Shown: one piece after another, positions 37,171 to 46,859 of the stretch
Numbering within the stretch: the first letter of the stretch is position 1
Layout: every line of letters begins with the position of its first letter
DNA from: a virus
DNA length: 64,000 nt
Direction: 5' to 3' (one strand)
Virus record (IMG/VR): IMGVR_UViG_3300017987_000085
Span: 3,937 to 67,936 of that record
Notes under the pieces: generated by a model
What the model saw: the letters and a program-made list of their open reading frames with translations, nothing else
What the model was told of the DNA's origin: nothing
The model's database searches: none
Position numbers and translations under genes: made by a program

Positions 37171-37824
37171 GTGAGCAATCATCCGTTCGGTTTTATGGAA
37201 CACCATTTCTCAGAATGGGCGGCCATCGGGACAGAGACCCCGGAAGGTTCCCGCGATTTCCTCGCCGGCCAAGAGCCGACGGAGAAGGAATTCGACTACC
37301 TGTTTGACCAGATTCACAAGTTCGCTGACGAAATCCTAACGAAGATTCGTGACTATGTCATGCCGCAGCGCTTCTTCCCGGAGTCGATCTCGCTGGTTGG
37401 GGCAGATTCCGGAACCGAGAATGTGTTGACCACGGCGGATAGCCGACGGCTGGCAGTCGTCAAGCTGGCTGCGGCCAGCTACGAACAGTGCCGGGTGACG
37501 GCTCGTGTGCTGAAGGACAACACGATCTCGACGCCAGAGGAAACCAAGGTGGTGTTGTACTGGTCAACAGCTGCCACGGCATCGAAGACCGCTGAGCTGC
37601 GCGTGAAGTACAAGGCGCTCGGCGCCGGAGATGTTGTCACTGGAAGCGCTTCGACGATTTCGAAGCAAGCAGCAGACTCCGCTGTACAGAACGGCCTCGT
37701 AACTACAACGATCGACCTTCCAGTCCTAACGCTCGGCGATCTGTTGTTGCTCGAGATCGGGCACGACGGTACGGCTGACGACATCGATAACGACATCTGC
37801 ATCCACATGATCGAGGTGATCTAG
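37171..37824 (+). CDS. Tail fibre-proximal structural protein
   Basis: WAAIG...FLAGQEP..KEFDYLF anchor-like N-terminus; position. Confidence 0.6.
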   Translation: MSNHPFGFMEHHFSEWAAIGTETPEGSRDFLAGQEPTEKEFDYLFDQIHKFADEILTKIRDYVMPQRFFPESISLVGADSGTENVLTTADSRRLAVVKLAAASYEQCRVTARVLKDNTISTPEETKVVLYWSTAATASKTAELRVKYKALGAGDVVTGSASTISKQAADSAVQNGLVTTTIDLPVLTLGDLLLLEIGHDGTADDIDNDICIHMIEVI

Positions 37825-37825
37825 C

Positions 37826-38245
37826 ATGGGATCCGAATGGCGTGATCGTATGAATCTGATCATCGATGGTACCTACGGGGATCGACCAGAGGCCTCTGCC
37901 GATCTTGAAGGCGTGTTCTACTACGTGACCAGCGGCGAGACGCACCTCGGGAAGTTCTACCGCTGCAAAAGCAGTGCCTGGGTGCTGATTCCATTGCATG
38001 AATGGCTCGCAACGGCTGACCATGATCATGATTCGGACTACGCGCCAACACCTCACAACAACGAGCATCACAGCGAGGCCTACATCACAGCGTATGACGA
38101 TGACGATACGGACCGTGCATCAGCTGTCGGTGCGGAGCACAGCGTCAAGGCCAAGACGGCCGCTCTTGCTGACAACTCAACACTACTTAGTAGCTACACC
38201 GCTATGCAGCTGATGCTGATGGGCGGCTTGGTCTTCGGAAACTAG
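37826..38245 (+). CDS. Tail fibre-related protein
   Basis: GTYGDRP...FYYVT, HDHDSDY knot-like motif. Confidence 0.55.
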   Translation: MGSEWRDRMNLIIDGTYGDRPEASADLEGVFYYVTSGETHLGKFYRCKSSAWVLIPLHEWLATADHDHDSDYAPTPHNNEHHSEAYITAYDDDDTDRASAVGAEHSVKAKTAALADNSTLLSSYTAMQLMLMGGLVFGN

Positions 38246-38253
38246 GGGGAGCC

Positions 38254-38562
38254 ATGAGCTTTGGCAATTTCGTACAGGGTCACAATGTAGTCGCGAATGG
38301 GAATTCCCTCGCGATCAAACCGGCCGGAGACGAGAAGTGGATGATCCAGGGCGTCTATTTTGGAACTAACGGTGTAGCTGGCGACGTCAAAGTCATCCGG
38401 ACAGATGGTTCGAATGAGATCGAAGTCGAATCGTCTGATGCGGACGCCACGGGCTACCTTGGCATGCGGTGGATTGCCTCAGCCACGTACTGGTGGTTGA
38501 TCAAGAATGAATCCGGTGTGTCGTTGAAGTTTGCCTACGACGCCGTCGTTGTTGAGGTCTAG
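38254..38562 (+). CDS. Small beta-rich structural protein
   Basis: RBS GGGGAG; tail region. Confidence 0.55.
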   Translation: MSFGNFVQGHNVVANGNSLAIKPAGDEKWMIQGVYFGTNGVAGDVKVIRTDGSNEIEVESSDADATGYLGMRWIASATYWWLIKNESGVSLKFAYDAVVVEV

Positions 38563-38571
38563 GGCGATCTC

Positions 38572-39342
38572 ATGACGCAACGAAATCTACGCAGTCCGCA
38601 GGTCCAAATCGAGAATACGGCGGTTTCCGGCTGGGCAGTACGCGCTGAGCTCGACACAACGTGGGCCACTGGTTCGACGTACTCGTTGTCCGTAAACGCT
38701 GACGAGCTGTGCATTGTCTGCGCTATCGGGCAATACGGTGACAGCGATCCTCGTTTCGTTCTGCCGTACTGCGATGATGGGTGTTATGCCCAAATCGTTG
38801 CTACCGGGAAATCGATGGGGGCATCTATACCAGGATACTGGCGCCCTCAAGCAATACACATTCTCGCTGCAGGAGAGTTGAAGTTCCTGAACTTCGGGAG
38901 TGGCTCCGGAAAACTGGTTGGCTGCATCCTGACGCCTACACTAACTGGAGGATCAACGAGCCAGTGCTTGACGCAGGAACAGATGCCCGCAAATGAGTTG
39001 AGCATTACCGGAGCGGCTATCGCTTACGAGCTTGTCGAGGGAGCAAATCTTGTCAATGATTCTCTGGTCTCTCTCCCGGCCCATGCGTTGATCGTTGCAG
39101 AAGGCACAGACGAGCTGACGCACATCCCGGCAGGAAGTGCGCTGTCTCTTGATCCCGGGAATACTGCAGCCTATACCGTGCTGTGGGGTGTCCGGACAAG
39201 TGTTGGAAATCCATCTCAATATCGTGAGGCATGTGTAGCGAAGGTCACCACGGCAGGTTTATTCAACATCAACCAAGGGGCTCAGCAGTCGCCGTACTTT
39301 GCTCTCAAGACACGAGCCAGCTCACTGTTGCTTAGCGGATAA
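38572..39342 (+). CDS. Putative receptor-binding/tail protein
   Basis: Tail region; locally lower GC. Confidence 0.55.
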   Translation: MTQRNLRSPQVQIENTAVSGWAVRAELDTTWATGSTYSLSVNADELCIVCAIGQYGDSDPRFVLPYCDDGCYAQIVATGKSMGASIPGYWRPQAIHILAAGELKFLNFGSGSGKLVGCILTPTLTGGSTSQCLTQEQMPANELSITGAAIAYELVEGANLVNDSLVSLPAHALIVAEGTDELTHIPAGSALSLDPGNTAAYTVLWGVRTSVGNPSQYREACVAKVTTAGLFNINQGAQQSPYFALKTRASSLLLSG

Positions 39343-39352
39343 GGGCTAGCCG

Positions 39353-41245
39353 ATGTCTGTTATCGACATTGGTCCTGCGTGTATAAACAGAGCTAGCGAC
39401 TTCTCTGGCAATAACACATACATTCAGACTGACAATCCAGCCAATGCAGCTGGGACCATCACCTCGGTTGAGATCTATGTCAACGCAAACATGTTCGGTG
39501 TCAAAGTTGCTATCTTTTCTGAGGGTGCGACTGGCTACTTCACTGCTCAGGACAGCGAATCAATCGGTAATCTGGTGGCTGGCAAGCAAACGGTCGAAGT
39601 CTCGCTTTCTGTCAATGAAGGGGAATTCATTGGCCTCTATTTTGGAAACGGGAAGATAGAGCGGACGCTGGGTGCGGTTCTGTCTGGTTACTACCTTAGC
39701 GGCGACGAGACAGCGTGCTCCAACAAGAAGTTCAACGCGTATACTTCAGTGCTCAGTATCTATGGCACTGGGACTACTCCGAATATCGCCCCTACGGCTC
39801 CAACATCTCTTTGTTGTGAAGGCGAGACTGATCCAACTAGCGTCACTGATCTAACGCCGGAATTGGACGCGATTCTCAATGATCCAGATTCTGGCGATTA
39901 CCTCGATGCTGTCGAGATCCACGTGGGTACGACCAACGACCCGGAGAATTCTCCAAACAAGTGGGATTCCGGAACGATTACGCTGGATCCGGACATCGAG
40001 GAGGGCAACCGCTGCAGCAGTATCCCCTACGCTGGGAGCGCCATCTCGCAACTCGGCGAGACGTTCTACTGGTGCATTCGGGCTCGCGATGACGATGGGG
40101 AGTGGGGACCGTTCTCTGCTGCAGCTCAGTTCACGATGGCGCCGAAAGAAGTTGGTGTCTCTGATACCGGCTCTGGCATGGAAGCCGTGTCTGCCCAGGT
40201 TGCGCTAACGGTAGCCGAAACGGGAACGGGGGCAGATGCTATTGCGACCTTGTTAGGTCGTATTGCGATCGCTGAAACAGGATCCGGCGCGGATGCAGTT
40301 TCTGCAATCAATGCGTTCATCTCTGCCGTGGATGCAGGTTCTGGATCGGAGTCTCTCGTCGCAGTGGTTACCGTATCGATCGCTGAAACAGGATCCGGCG
40401 CGGACACCGTTTCTCATTACCGCCTTCTTCTCGAGCAGGACAATGCCTCTGGCGCAGATATCGTGGCCGCAGTCAGGGCTTTGCTTTCCATTGCTGATGT
40501 GGCTGCAGGCAACGATGTGTCTACCATCAAGGCAACGATCTCCATCGCTGACACGGCCGAAGGGGCTGACGTTGTGTCCCTTCGGGCGCAACTCGTGATC
40601 GCTGACACGGCAACCGGTGTTGATGCGTTCGCCGCGCAGGCAACGATCTCCATCGCTGACACGGCAACCGGTGTTGATGCGTTCCATGCCATCCAGGCAT
40701 TGCTGGCTATCACTGACGTTGCTGTCGGCACCGATGCGCTCGCCGGAGTACAAGTCCGCGTCGGCATTGCTGACACGGCCGAAGGGGCTGACGTTGTCCA
40801 ACCGCCCCGCGTGGAACTCACCATCTCTGATAGTGGGGAGGGAAGCGAGATTACAACTGTCACGGTGCGCATGACGCTCATCGATACAGGCGCCGGAGAT
40901 GAATCCCTGTCTGTCACAGCTCGCGTCCAGTTGTTGGATTCTGGTGTCGGGGTTGACGCGATCGCAGAGCTGCTTTCGGCGGTCACGATCGCCGATGCAG
41001 GTGTTGCTGGGGAGATCCTTGAGATCCTTGTTGGCCTTGGAATTGCCGATGCAGGCGCCGGGACGGACTTGCTGAGCCTTGTCCAAAGCGCGATTGCGAT
41101 CGCCGACGCAGGAACAGGAGCTGATGCAGTCACTACTAAGGAGTGGTCACCGACAGTCTCGATCGAGATTGAGTACGCCAAGGGGATAACTGACGTCGCC
41201 TACGACGAAGGAGACAGCGAAGCAACCTACAAACTGAACGAGTAA
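39353..41245 (+). CDS. Tail/appendage protein: N-terminal beta domain, FN3-like domain, tandem IxDxGxGxD repeats
   Basis: NIAPTAPTSL, FYWCIRARDDDGEWGPFS, repeats of period 18-19 aa. Confidence 0.7.
   Translation: MSVIDIGPACINRASDFSGNNTYIQTDNPANAAGTITSVEIYVNANMFGVKVAIFSEGATGYFTAQDSESIGNLVAGKQTVEVSLSVNEGEFIGLYFGNGKIERTLGAVLSGYYLSGDETACSNKKFNAYTSVLSIYGTGTTPNIAPTAPTSLCCEGETDPTSVTDLTPELDAILNDPDSGDYLDAVEIHVGTTNDPENSPNKWDSGTITLDPDIEEGNRCSSIPYAGSAISQLGETFYWCIRARDDDGEWGPFSAAAQFTMAPKEVGVSDTGSGMEAVSAQVALTVAETGTGADAIATLLGRIAIAETGSGADAVSAINAFISAVDAGSGSESLVAVVTVSIAETGSGADTVSHYRLLLEQDNASGADIVAAVRALLSIADVAAGNDVSTIKATISIADTAEGADVVSLRAQLVIADTATGVDAFAAQATISIADTATGVDAFHAIQALLAITDVAVGTDALAGVQVRVGIADTAEGADVVQPPRVELTISDSGEGSEITTVTVRMTLIDTGAGDESLSVTARVQLLDSGVGVDAIAELLSAVTIADAGVAGEILEILVGLGIADAGAGTDLLSLVQSAIAIADAGTGADAVTTKEWSPTVSIEIEYAKGITDVAYDEGDSEATYKLNE
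40141..41140 (+). repeat. Coding tandem repeat (54-57 bp period) with near-identical copies
   Basis: atcgctgaaacaggatccggcgcgga x2; atcgctgacacggcaaccggtgttgatgcgttc x2; gctgacacggccgaaggggctgacgttgt x2. Confidence 0.8.
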
Positions 41246-41266
41246 ATGCAGTAGGGGAGGGAACAG

Positions 41267-41959
41267 ATGAGCATTGAGACACCGCAGACCAGAACCGTTG
41301 CCGATGCTGTCCGCTGGTCGCCACGTTGGTCGACCCAGAAATTCGAGAACTCCGAAGCGCGCAGACGAAACACAGTGTCCTTGGCTGGGCAGTTCAAGCA
41401 GTTCGAGGACGGTCGAATCACCTGGCGAGGTCAGCTGATGCGCTGGGGCGACCTGGTTTCCGCGTGGGCCAAACGCCATGGCTGTACGATCGAGCAAGCA
41501 GCCTATGCGTGGCTTCCTCGAGAGTTTAAACTCGACTTCGCCCGCAGAATGCGCTTCGCCTACGCCGTGGACGAGTTTGCACCGAACTCGCTTGTCAACG
41601 CTGGCATCAACGAGTTCTGGACATTGATCGCTGGATCTGGCGGCACGGCATTCACCAATGCCAATGCAGCGATCGGTGTGGGGATCTCGAGCGATGCCAC
41701 TACTGCAGGCATGACCGATCTCCAAGGCGGTTCGAAAACACGTTCTGGCATGGAGGCAGGCTACCCGACCTACGGCACAAGCCAAAAGGCCACGTGGGAA
41801 GCGGAATTCACTGGCGACGAGGCCAATCATGCCTGGGCCGAACACGCAGTGTTCAACGCGACCGAAAACGGTGACATGGCCAACCGCAAAGTCGAGGATG
41901 AGGGCACGAAGACCTCCGGCCAAGTCTGGGTCGAGGATCACGAGATTACGCTTTCCTAG
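41267..41959 (+). CDS. Phage structural protein (fibre-base-like C-terminal domain)
   Basis: NSLVNAG...AAIGVG...TDLQG...EANHAWAEHAVFN...MANRKV. Confidence 0.65.
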   Translation: MSIETPQTRTVADAVRWSPRWSTQKFENSEARRRNTVSLAGQFKQFEDGRITWRGQLMRWGDLVSAWAKRHGCTIEQAAYAWLPREFKLDFARRMRFAYAVDEFAPNSLVNAGINEFWTLIAGSGGTAFTNANAAIGVGISSDATTAGMTDLQGGSKTRSGMEAGYPTYGTSQKATWEAEFTGDEANHAWAEHAVFNATENGDMANRKVEDEGTKTSGQVWVEDHEITLS

Positions 41960-41967
41960 GAGGATTC

Positions 41968-42204
41968 ATGCCCAAGGACAAGAACCGTGCACCGGGATAT
42001 GCAGACTGTCCGGGTTGTGTCGGGGTCGACCGCGATGGCAAGACTTGCGCTCCGGGCAATCTCTCTTATTGTACGGCCTGCCAGGCGAATGTGTCGGGGT
42101 GGTCTCCAGGCGAATGTGTCGGGTGCCTGCAGCTTGTCGATGACAAACCGTGCGCCTCTGGCAATGCAAAAAGATGTGCTGTGGCGTGGTTTCGCAATCG
42201 GTAG
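41968..42204 (+). CDS. Cys-rich small protein
   Basis: RBS AGGAGG; CPGC, CTAC, CVGC. Confidence 0.5.
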   Translation: MPKDKNRAPGYADCPGCVGVDRDGKTCAPGNLSYCTACQANVSGWSPGECVGCLQLVDDKPCASGNAKRCAVAWFRNR

Positions 42205-42207
42205 CTC

Positions 42208-42675
42208 ATGAGCTCGGAAACGATTGCACCGAAACAACCAAGCGAGATCAAACCAGTGACCGTCGACTTCTCCGAGATCATTGGAGAAGGCGACGCCTTG
42301 TCGAGCGTTGGGGCGACGGTCTACGCATGGGACGATCGGGATCAAGTCTCGCTTTCGCTCGATCTCGACAGTACCTATTCCACTGCGGCTACAGCTGTGG
42401 TGCAACTGCTGGACACCGATGGCGAGCAACTGGTCTCTCAAGAGCTCAGTCTCCATGCAGCCCTGACGCTTCTGCAGATCATCGCCGACAATGAATCCGC
42501 ATGGGTCGAGAGTGAGGATCTGGTGGTCTCCGGGCTTGGCTGGGCCGACGGTAGTTGCTACTTCAAGATCTCCGGTGGTGTCACGGGCCATACATACAAG
42601 ATCACCTTGCTCGGCGCAACAGACGACGGCTACAAGCCGGAGCAGGAAGTGATCGTTTCGGTGGTGAGTCTATGA
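42208..42675 (+). CDS. Fibre-tail adaptor-like protein
   Basis: PKQPSEIKPVTVDFS...ISGGVTGHTYKIT...G. Confidence 0.65.
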   Translation: MSSETIAPKQPSEIKPVTVDFSEIIGEGDALSSVGATVYAWDDRDQVSLSLDLDSTYSTAATAVVQLLDTDGEQLVSQELSLHAALTLLQIIADNESAWVESEDLVVSGLGWADGSCYFKISGGVTGHTYKITLLGATDDGYKPEQEVIVSVVSL

Positions 42676-43025
42676 CCGGCCAGCCCTCGATTGAGGATAT
42701 CCCTGGATTCGGTCTACTCAAGGACTTCCTTGATGTACGTTTCGGCCGTTTGGACGATCGGATCTCCACTGTTGCCAATGAAACGCATGAGCTCAAGGAG
42801 TCCGTCGACGGCCTTGTGGAATGCGTTTCCACTGGCAATGGTCAGCCGGCGCTCAAGATGCAGGTCAGCGAGAATACTGAGTTCCGCATCGAATTCGAGC
42901 AGGAGAGGAAACGCACCCGCAATCAGCGGCGAACCGCGTTCTACAGCTTCGTCGTCTCCGCATTGTTGCTTGGTGTGAGCATTGGCCTCGCTTACGCGCG
43001 CAGCATTCCTATGAGCGGCGGCTGA
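42672..43025 (+). CDS. Coiled-coil protein with C-terminal TM helix (holin/XhlA-like)
   Basis: TGNGQPAL...then FYSFVVSALLLGVSIGLAY. Confidence 0.6.
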   Translation: MTGQPSIEDIPGFGLLKDFLDVRFGRLDDRISTVANETHELKESVDGLVECVSTGNGQPALKMQVSENTEFRIEFEQERKRTRNQRRTAFYSFVVSALLLGVSIGLAYARSIPMSGG

Positions 43026-43089
43026 TAAGCACCTGAGACTAGCGCTTGCTTCTGGCTTCTCAAAGGCTTGCGCGGGGGGAGAGGAACAA

Positions 43090-43956
43090 ATGAAGACAAA
43101 GGTTGCAATTCTAGGCCTTGTGCTGTTTTTGACCATCAGTGGATGTTCTCTTCTGCATCAACCGCCAGACCCGATTCAGTTTGTCTTCTCAGCCTATGGC
43201 CAGGCTTGGGGAACTGTGATTACAGCACGCCCGGCTTTGGAGGATGGCGGGCTGGCTGTTGCAATTGCGGTCAATGAAACATGCTGGATTGACTGGGGCG
43301 ATGGATCTGCGCGCGAGAACCTATCCACCACTCGCGGGCAACACGTCTACCGCTACGAAGGCTCCTATACCGTGACGGTATCGGCTGACGATCGCCAATC
43401 GACAGGCACCATTGTGGTCGAGAATCATCATCCTGTCTCATACGGTCCATTCGTTCTCCAGGCGTCTGAGGGGTGGGGGCTTGGATGGCGGGAGATCGTC
43501 ACGTTCGATTTCCGCGAGCAAGACAAAGGGTGCCTCGGCTCCGGTACTGCGCCCGAGCACTACGGCATAAGAGATCCTGATGGAGACCCTGTGCTGATTC
43601 GCTTGACAGTTTCTGGACCAGATGGTCACGGCAACATCGTCGACTACTCCGTCTACACGCAATGGGGAGATTATGTCTCGGGTGCATTCGTCAAAGCTGA
43701 CTTCCTTTATCCCTGGATTGGATGGTGGGCAGTTGATCCGTTGGCGCCGGTGTTCCCGCGGGGTCCTGGATATGGCTTCCTGGCGTTTGTGAGACCTCAG
43801 GGCTGCGGTGATCCGCCCCCAGTGATTCCGCCGGGCACAGAGAGCTTTGGCACGCTGGTATACACAATTGAACTGATCGACCTATGGATGCGCGAAGAAG
43901 ATGCCGTAACCACAACATGGAGTGGATATCTCTCTTCTTCGCCAATCTGTCATTAA
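43090..43956 (+). CDS. Lipoprotein with PKD-like domain
   Basis: Lipobox ISGC; IDWGDGS...HVYRYEGSYTVTV; DPDGD. Confidence 0.75.
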   Translation: MKTKVAILGLVLFLTISGCSLLHQPPDPIQFVFSAYGQAWGTVITARPALEDGGLAVAIAVNETCWIDWGDGSARENLSTTRGQHVYRYEGSYTVTVSADDRQSTGTIVVENHHPVSYGPFVLQASEGWGLGWREIVTFDFREQDKGCLGSGTAPEHYGIRDPDGDPVLIRLTVSGPDGHGNIVDYSVYTQWGDYVSGAFVKADFLYPWIGWWAVDPLAPVFPRGPGYGFLAFVRPQGCGDPPPVIPPGTESFGTLVYTIELIDLWMREEDAVTTTWSGYLSSSPICH

Positions 43957-43978
43957 ACCAAGCAAAGGAGGATGTACT

Positions 43979-44554
43979 ATGAAGAGAGCACTTGTTTTGT
44001 CGCTAGTGATTCTGATTGGCCTTGCGATCGCTGGCTTCTGCCAGGTTGGAGCATGGAGCGCTGGTCAACTCTACGGCGGTCCGGGAGGATTGTTTTTCAA
44101 CGGTGATGCCACCGTGGTGGACGGTCATCCGGACTTCGATCTATGCCTCGGCGGCAACGGCCGGTATCTTGATCTTGGTGTAAGCGTTCGTGATTGCCTG
44201 ACCGCTCCATATCTGCATGGGTTCGCTATCTACAGTGACCGGTGGGGTAATAGCCGGTCCATTGGATTTGCGGCGGGTTTATTGACAACGTTCACCCCGT
44301 TCGCCGATGTTCAAACAGCTGGTCTGACCTGGTCACCGCCCTTCCGTCTCGCCGACTTCGAACTGTTCACTCGACTCGAGATGGAACTCGCCGCATGGCT
44401 TGATCTTGTCTCAGATCTGAGCGTCTATGCCGAGTTCAGCATCGTTCCGGTGTGGAACGGTGATGCGTTTACCACGGGGACACGCTGGGCGTTTGGATTC
44501 AGCTATCAATGGACCGACGCTTTCGTTCCGCGGGAACCAACGACCGAGTTCTAG
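43979..44554 (+). CDS. Secreted, possibly beta-barrel envelope protein
   Basis: Signal peptide MKRALVLSLVILIGLAIAGFC; alternating strands such as RWAFGFSYQW. Confidence 0.6.
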   Translation: MKRALVLSLVILIGLAIAGFCQVGAWSAGQLYGGPGGLFFNGDATVVDGHPDFDLCLGGNGRYLDLGVSVRDCLTAPYLHGFAIYSDRWGNSRSIGFAAGLLTTFTPFADVQTAGLTWSPPFRLADFELFTRLEMELAAWLDLVSDLSVYAEFSIVPVWNGDAFTTGTRWAFGFSYQWTDAFVPREPTTEF

Positions 44555-44567
44555 CGCAGAGGAAGTG

Positions 44568-44601
44568 GGGGCATGGGCGCATTCCGTGCCCCTTCTTCTT
44601 T
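44568..44601 (+). terminator. Intrinsic terminator
   Basis: ggggcatgg-gcgcatt-ccgtgcccc followed by ttcttcttt. Confidence 0.55.
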
Positions 44602-44618
44602 GAGCAGAGGAGGTAACG

Positions 44619-44915
44619 ATGAAGCCCACGATGCTCAAGGGGGTTGTGAATCTGATTCGTTTGGCGATCGATCGGATCAAGCAACCAGCTACTCAAACGA
44701 CGGCCAAGGCAATCGAAGCAGCAGGCGGGCGGAAGTTCTTCTACGGCGGATGGTTGATTCCTGTCTGGATTCTCGCAACGTTCCTGCTGCACATGCCGGA
44801 CGTACTGATCCTCGCCGGCGCTGGAGGGATTGGTTTTGCTATCGGCTGGGAAGGGGCTCGAGATCTTCGTGCTGTTGGACATGCTGAGGCCGAGATTCAA
44901 GATGAGGCGGGGTAG
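44619..44915 (+). CDS. Small two-TM membrane protein (holin candidate)
   Basis: RBS GGAGGT; GGRKF followed by two hydrophobic segments. Confidence 0.55.
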   Translation: MKPTMLKGVVNLIRLAIDRIKQPATQTTAKAIEAAGGRKFFYGGWLIPVWILATFLLHMPDVLILAGAGGIGFAIGWEGARDLRAVGHAEAEIQDEAG

Positions 44916-44987
44916 CATGTCTCACCGGACGTGTTTAGTACGTCGTAACGGTTCCCTCGCTACCCCGCTTTGACCTGGAGGGCGTTC

Positions 44988-45497
44988 ATGACCTACCAAC
45001 AAGCATATGAGGAGCATGGCAGCATCAAACGCGCTGCGGCTGCTTTCAACATTCCCTATACCACGTTCCACAATCGTCTCAAGAAAGAGAAAGCAGGACA
45101 ACAGGTGCCTCCTATAGAACGTGGGGCCTTGACGCCAAAGCAAACACACCGTTCCAAACGTCCGCGTGTAGCCGCGCTTTCAGAGCGCGAGTTGCTGGCC
45201 ACGCATGATCCGTACGAGAAGGCTCGTGTGAACATGGAGCAGGTTCCCTCCTTCATCGATTCAGGCGCGTTCGTCAAGGATTACGAGATGCGCAAGGCGA
45301 TCGGGCTATCTGGAGATTCTCAACTCTTCCGTGAACTCGCGGAAGATCCAGAGATGGGGCTACTTTGCTATCAGTTTGTCATGGGTAAAGGGAACAAGGA
45401 AACGATCTACTGGACAGACCCAGAGACGAAGACCCGCGTGCTTGAGGAACGCCCGCTGATCGCACGCGACATCCTGCCGAGCATGGAGGAGGATTAG
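44988..45497 (+). CDS. HTH-containing protein (Psq/Fis-like N-terminus)
   Basis: HGSIKRAAAAFNIPYTTFHNRL. Confidence 0.7.
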   Translation: MTYQQAYEEHGSIKRAAAAFNIPYTTFHNRLKKEKAGQQVPPIERGALTPKQTHRSKRPRVAALSERELLATHDPYEKARVNMEQVPSFIDSGAFVKDYEMRKAIGLSGDSQLFRELAEDPEMGLLCYQFVMGKGNKETIYWTDPETKTRVLEERPLIARDILPSMEED

Positions 45498-45498
45498 T

Positions 45499-46563
45499 AT
45501 GCCCGCGAAAAGAACCACATCGGAATCGGAGGCGGACATCCTCGAACAGCACGATCCTAGCCCGTCTACCGTCTCGCTACGCAAGCAACTTCAAGCAGCC
45601 CTTCGTGACAACAACCGATTGAAGAAGCAAGTTGGCGATGACGAACGCCTATTCGAAGCGATTCGGGATTCCATTCCGCTGCTCGATCCCTATCGGCATG
45701 TCCCGATCCGGACGCCAAAGAACGCCAAGAATCGCCTTGAGGCCACGCTTGTCCTCTGCGATGCACATTCAGAGGAGACCGTTGATCCGGAAGAGATCGA
45801 AGGGTTGGCGGAGTACGATTGGGCAACGTTCGAACACCGGATGAAGCTCGCCGGTGACAAGGTTGTTCGCCTCATTCGAGATCTCCGGCACACAGCGCAG
45901 ATTGACGTACTGCACGTATGGTTGCTTGGCGATTGGTTCCTCGGGCAGATTCATCCTGACGAAATGGCGTGGGGGTCAAGCATGCCGTTGCCTTCAGCGT
46001 TGCCCCGTGCGTCCATCGTGGTAGGCGATGCGCTCCTCCGGCTGGCACCGCATTTTGGCGAGATGCACGTGGTGGGGTTGTGTGGCAACCACGGCCGTTC
46101 GACCACGAAGCCCGTGACCAAGATGAGCGCTGACCGTAACTGGGACTACTCGTTGTACCTGATTGCCGAAGCCCTGACCCAGCGCGAGAGCCGCATTGAC
46201 TGGACTATCCCCCGATCCCGCGCGAAAGTGGTCGACGTGTTCGGTTGGAAGAATCTGTTGACGCATGGAGACATTTGTAAGCGCACCCATACCGTGAGCT
46301 ACTTCGGGATTATCAACGGCATACTGAAGGAGCACGACACCCGTCGGCGAACCGACGAGGACTTTGACTATGCCTGGATGGGCCACTGGCATCACCGGGG
46401 GTTGCTCGAGAATACCGTGAGGATCTGCCCGCCGATCATCGGGCACAATCAGTTCGCACAGTATGAGATGCACCAACGCTCGCCTGCTGGTGCGTTGTTG
46501 ACGCTGTTTTCAAAGCGGCACGGTCCCGTGAGTGAGTGGCCAATCAATCTCGAGACGAACTGA
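45499..46563 (+). CDS. Calcineurin-like metallophosphoesterase
   Basis: CDAH, LGD, GNHG, THGD, MGHWH motifs. Confidence 0.88.
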   Translation: MPAKRTTSESEADILEQHDPSPSTVSLRKQLQAALRDNNRLKKQVGDDERLFEAIRDSIPLLDPYRHVPIRTPKNAKNRLEATLVLCDAHSEETVDPEEIEGLAEYDWATFEHRMKLAGDKVVRLIRDLRHTAQIDVLHVWLLGDWFLGQIHPDEMAWGSSMPLPSALPRASIVVGDALLRLAPHFGEMHVVGLCGNHGRSTTKPVTKMSADRNWDYSLYLIAEALTQRESRIDWTIPRSRAKVVDVFGWKNLLTHGDICKRTHTVSYFGIINGILKEHDTRRRTDEDFDYAWMGHWHHRGLLENTVRICPPIIGHNQFAQYEMHQRSPAGALLTLFSKRHGPVSEWPINLETN

Positions 46564-46656
46564 TCTGTAGTTGTTGAGTGGCGTATACCTTCTTCTTGGT
46601 TGCGGAAGAGTGCTTTCCGCCCGCAGGCTCGTACGCGAGCCATGACCGACCTCAAG

Positions 46657-46692
46657 GGGGACGGACGGTCCGCCCAGCCGCTCCGTCCCCCG
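46657..46692. terminator. Hairpin between convergent operons
   Basis: ggggacgga...tccgtcccc. Confidence 0.45.
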
Positions 46693-46706
46693 ACGCAGGA
46701 CAATCC

Positions 46707-46859
46707 CTAATCACCTTTGTCTCCATCCTTTTCCATCCGTGCTTTGAGCGCCTGTCGAATCGCGTCGGTCTTGTTGGACTGAGCCTCCAGGTACTCGATA
46801 ACCGCGGCGTCGGTGTCGGTGTTGAGCATGATACTGAATTGCCTGCGATCGGCGGGCAT
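46707..46859 (-). CDS. Ribbon-helix-helix-like DNA-binding protein
   Basis: RBS GGAGGTG; RQFSIMLNTDTDAAVIEYLEAQSNKTDAIRQALK. Confidence 0.7.
   Translation of the reverse strand: MPADRRQFSIMLNTDTDAAVIEYLEAQSNKTDAIRQALKARMEKDGDKGD

Noticed and set aside
40141-41140. Diversity-generating retroelement TR/VR pair among the repeats
   Set aside because: Repeats are in-frame coding duplications without adenine-specific mismatches; no reverse transcriptase in the window
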